This document shows positions 62,491 through 64,000 of a DNA stretch of 64,000 nt, one piece after another. Each line of letters begins with the position of its first letter. The first letter of the stretch is position 1. This stretch comes from Takakia lepidozioides (Eukaryota > Plantae > Bryophyta): contig CM060732.1 in assembly GCA_030704615.1 (NCBI GenBank), positions 124,001 to 188,000 of the forward strand, in the 5' to 3' direction. The notes beneath the pieces are model-generated. The model did no database searches. It was not told the DNA's origin and saw nothing but the letters and a program-made list of their open reading frames with translations. A program made the position numbers and the translations under genes.

Positions 62491-63604
62491 TGAGCTAGAG
62501 GCGGAGACCTCGAGAGACAACGGAGGAGAGAAAGTACTCTGTCCTAAAAACTCGGCTACAGTGCGTCTTTGTGTCAGAGCCCAAGGTAGAGGATGAATTT
62601 TTCCACGGAGGGAAAGCGCACCAGCGCCTTAAAATAATGTAAAGGGGTGAAATCTGGCTTGGACCCACCAGTGATTATTTTATTATTTACGCATGCATGT
62701 TCTGGACTAATGAATGTAGTGGCAGGGATGAGCTCTCAGCGAGATTCATTCATCCGATAGAGCCGCAGCAGTCCCCGTGGCAAGGAACGGTTCCCGGGTG
62801 TTCCTCGGTTCTCATTGGGTTCCCATTGGGTTCCCAAGGGCATCTTTAGGCGCCAAGGAAATCTTTGGATTCCCCACATGATTTCCCATAGGGGAGGTTT
62901 TTTTTTTTCTGATTTTCTTAATTTCTTTTATTTTCCAGCATTTCTGATTTGTGAAATTGCTTAAATAGGATAGATGCATGTGGTGCACGTTATAGCCTGA
63001 AGGGTGTTGATTAAACTTATTGAACTTATTGATTTGAGGGGCTTAAAAGCACCTTATTGAACTTGGTAAACCTATTGGATTATGATAGGTATTTTGGCCA
63101 CTCCTTTGCTGAGATAAAGTATTTTAGGCACTGGGGTAGGAAGCGTTGGCCATTCCATCAGAGATGACTTGAACTTAAGCACTTGGTGAAGGAGGGGCAT
63201 TGGGATAGGAAGATTTTCCCTCTTCTTCCTAGGCTCAGCAGGTGCCTTGTGAAGGGATTAAAACATGTCCCGGCTATAGGCGGCTCGGGGACCTAGGCGG
63301 TAGGAATTAGAGAATAAAACACAAAGACTTGGAAGGCAGTTACTGAGTAGATTGTAGGATATCGTAGGACTTAGAAACGCAAACTCGCCCTGTGAATAGA
63401 AGTACGTGATTTCTCTTTGTCGGTAGGACTTAGATAGTGATCATAGCCATCATGTACGACCACGGACCTCCTGCACTAACTGCAGTCGGGTAGGCGGTTC
63501 AGTGAGCCCAACCTACACCGCAACTTACCATGACCCCCCAGCTAGTATGTCGTCACCCTGACCCGCACGCTTAGGGCTCGTCAGCTGGACAGCCAAAATG
63601 ACCA

Positions 63605-64000
63605 AGGTATCCATCTTGCTAGGAGAGCTGTGATTTGCCTCTCTGGATCAAGAATTCCCAGACCCCCTTCAGATTTGGAACGACAGAGCTGGGCCCATGA
63701 AACTAAGGCCCTTGATAGAATTGATGATGGTTGAGCCAGGGCTCCAAATAGAAGCGAAGAACCAAATTGCAGCCAGCAGGATCTGGCTGAGCCTCAGAGC
63801 ACGGCCAGCCAGAGAAAGTCATGTCGAGCTCCAATAAGCGAGGTTCCTGAGGAGCTTCCTTAGCACTTGCTCAAAGAGCTGGTCATTGAAAATGTCATGG
63901 CCAAACTGAAACCCCAGGAGAGTGTGCGCTTGTCCATCCTCTAGCCATCTCAGGCCTAGGTCAGCACCCCAAGGAGGGCAATGCAAAGCATTGGAGTTAG
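63605..64000 (-). mobile_element. L1-type LINE fragment (post-RT region)
   Basis: LLGFQFG..LAYWSST*LSLAGRALRLSQILLAAIWF..VSWAQLCRSKSEGGLGILD..ALLARW. Confidence 0.8.

Noticed and set aside
62540-63590. Possible solo LTR
   Set aside because: TG..CA ends can be drawn, but no TSD, PBS or second copy supports them.

Overview
Eukaryotic nuclear DNA, most likely from a non-seed land plant (spliceosomal introns, PLS-class PPR relics, a plastid FtsZ with FtsZ3-like features). Two genes look intact: a 9-exon SPARK-domain receptor-like kinase (+, 37528 to ~43040) and a 3-exon plastid-division FtsZ (-, 45028-47720). The rest is mostly nested, decayed transposons (Ty3/Gypsy, L1 LINE, RLE-type non-LTR, MULE, CACTA), pseudogenes (GPDH fragment, PPRs, U6 snRNA) and tandem repeats. 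The most unusual elements are: (1) a Ty3/Gypsy retrotransposon carrying a DNMT3-like C5 cytosine methyltransferase directly upstream of its reverse transcriptase, split by a later insertion with a clean target-site duplication (TSD); (2) a complete 782-bp TRIM in a kinase intron whose LTRs contain a tRNA-like Pol III module, analogous to the 5S module of Cassandra elements; (3) two copies of an R2/Dualen-type restriction-like-endonuclease retroelement sharing a conserved 3' motif. All calls come from manual reading and motif recognition; no database searches were run.
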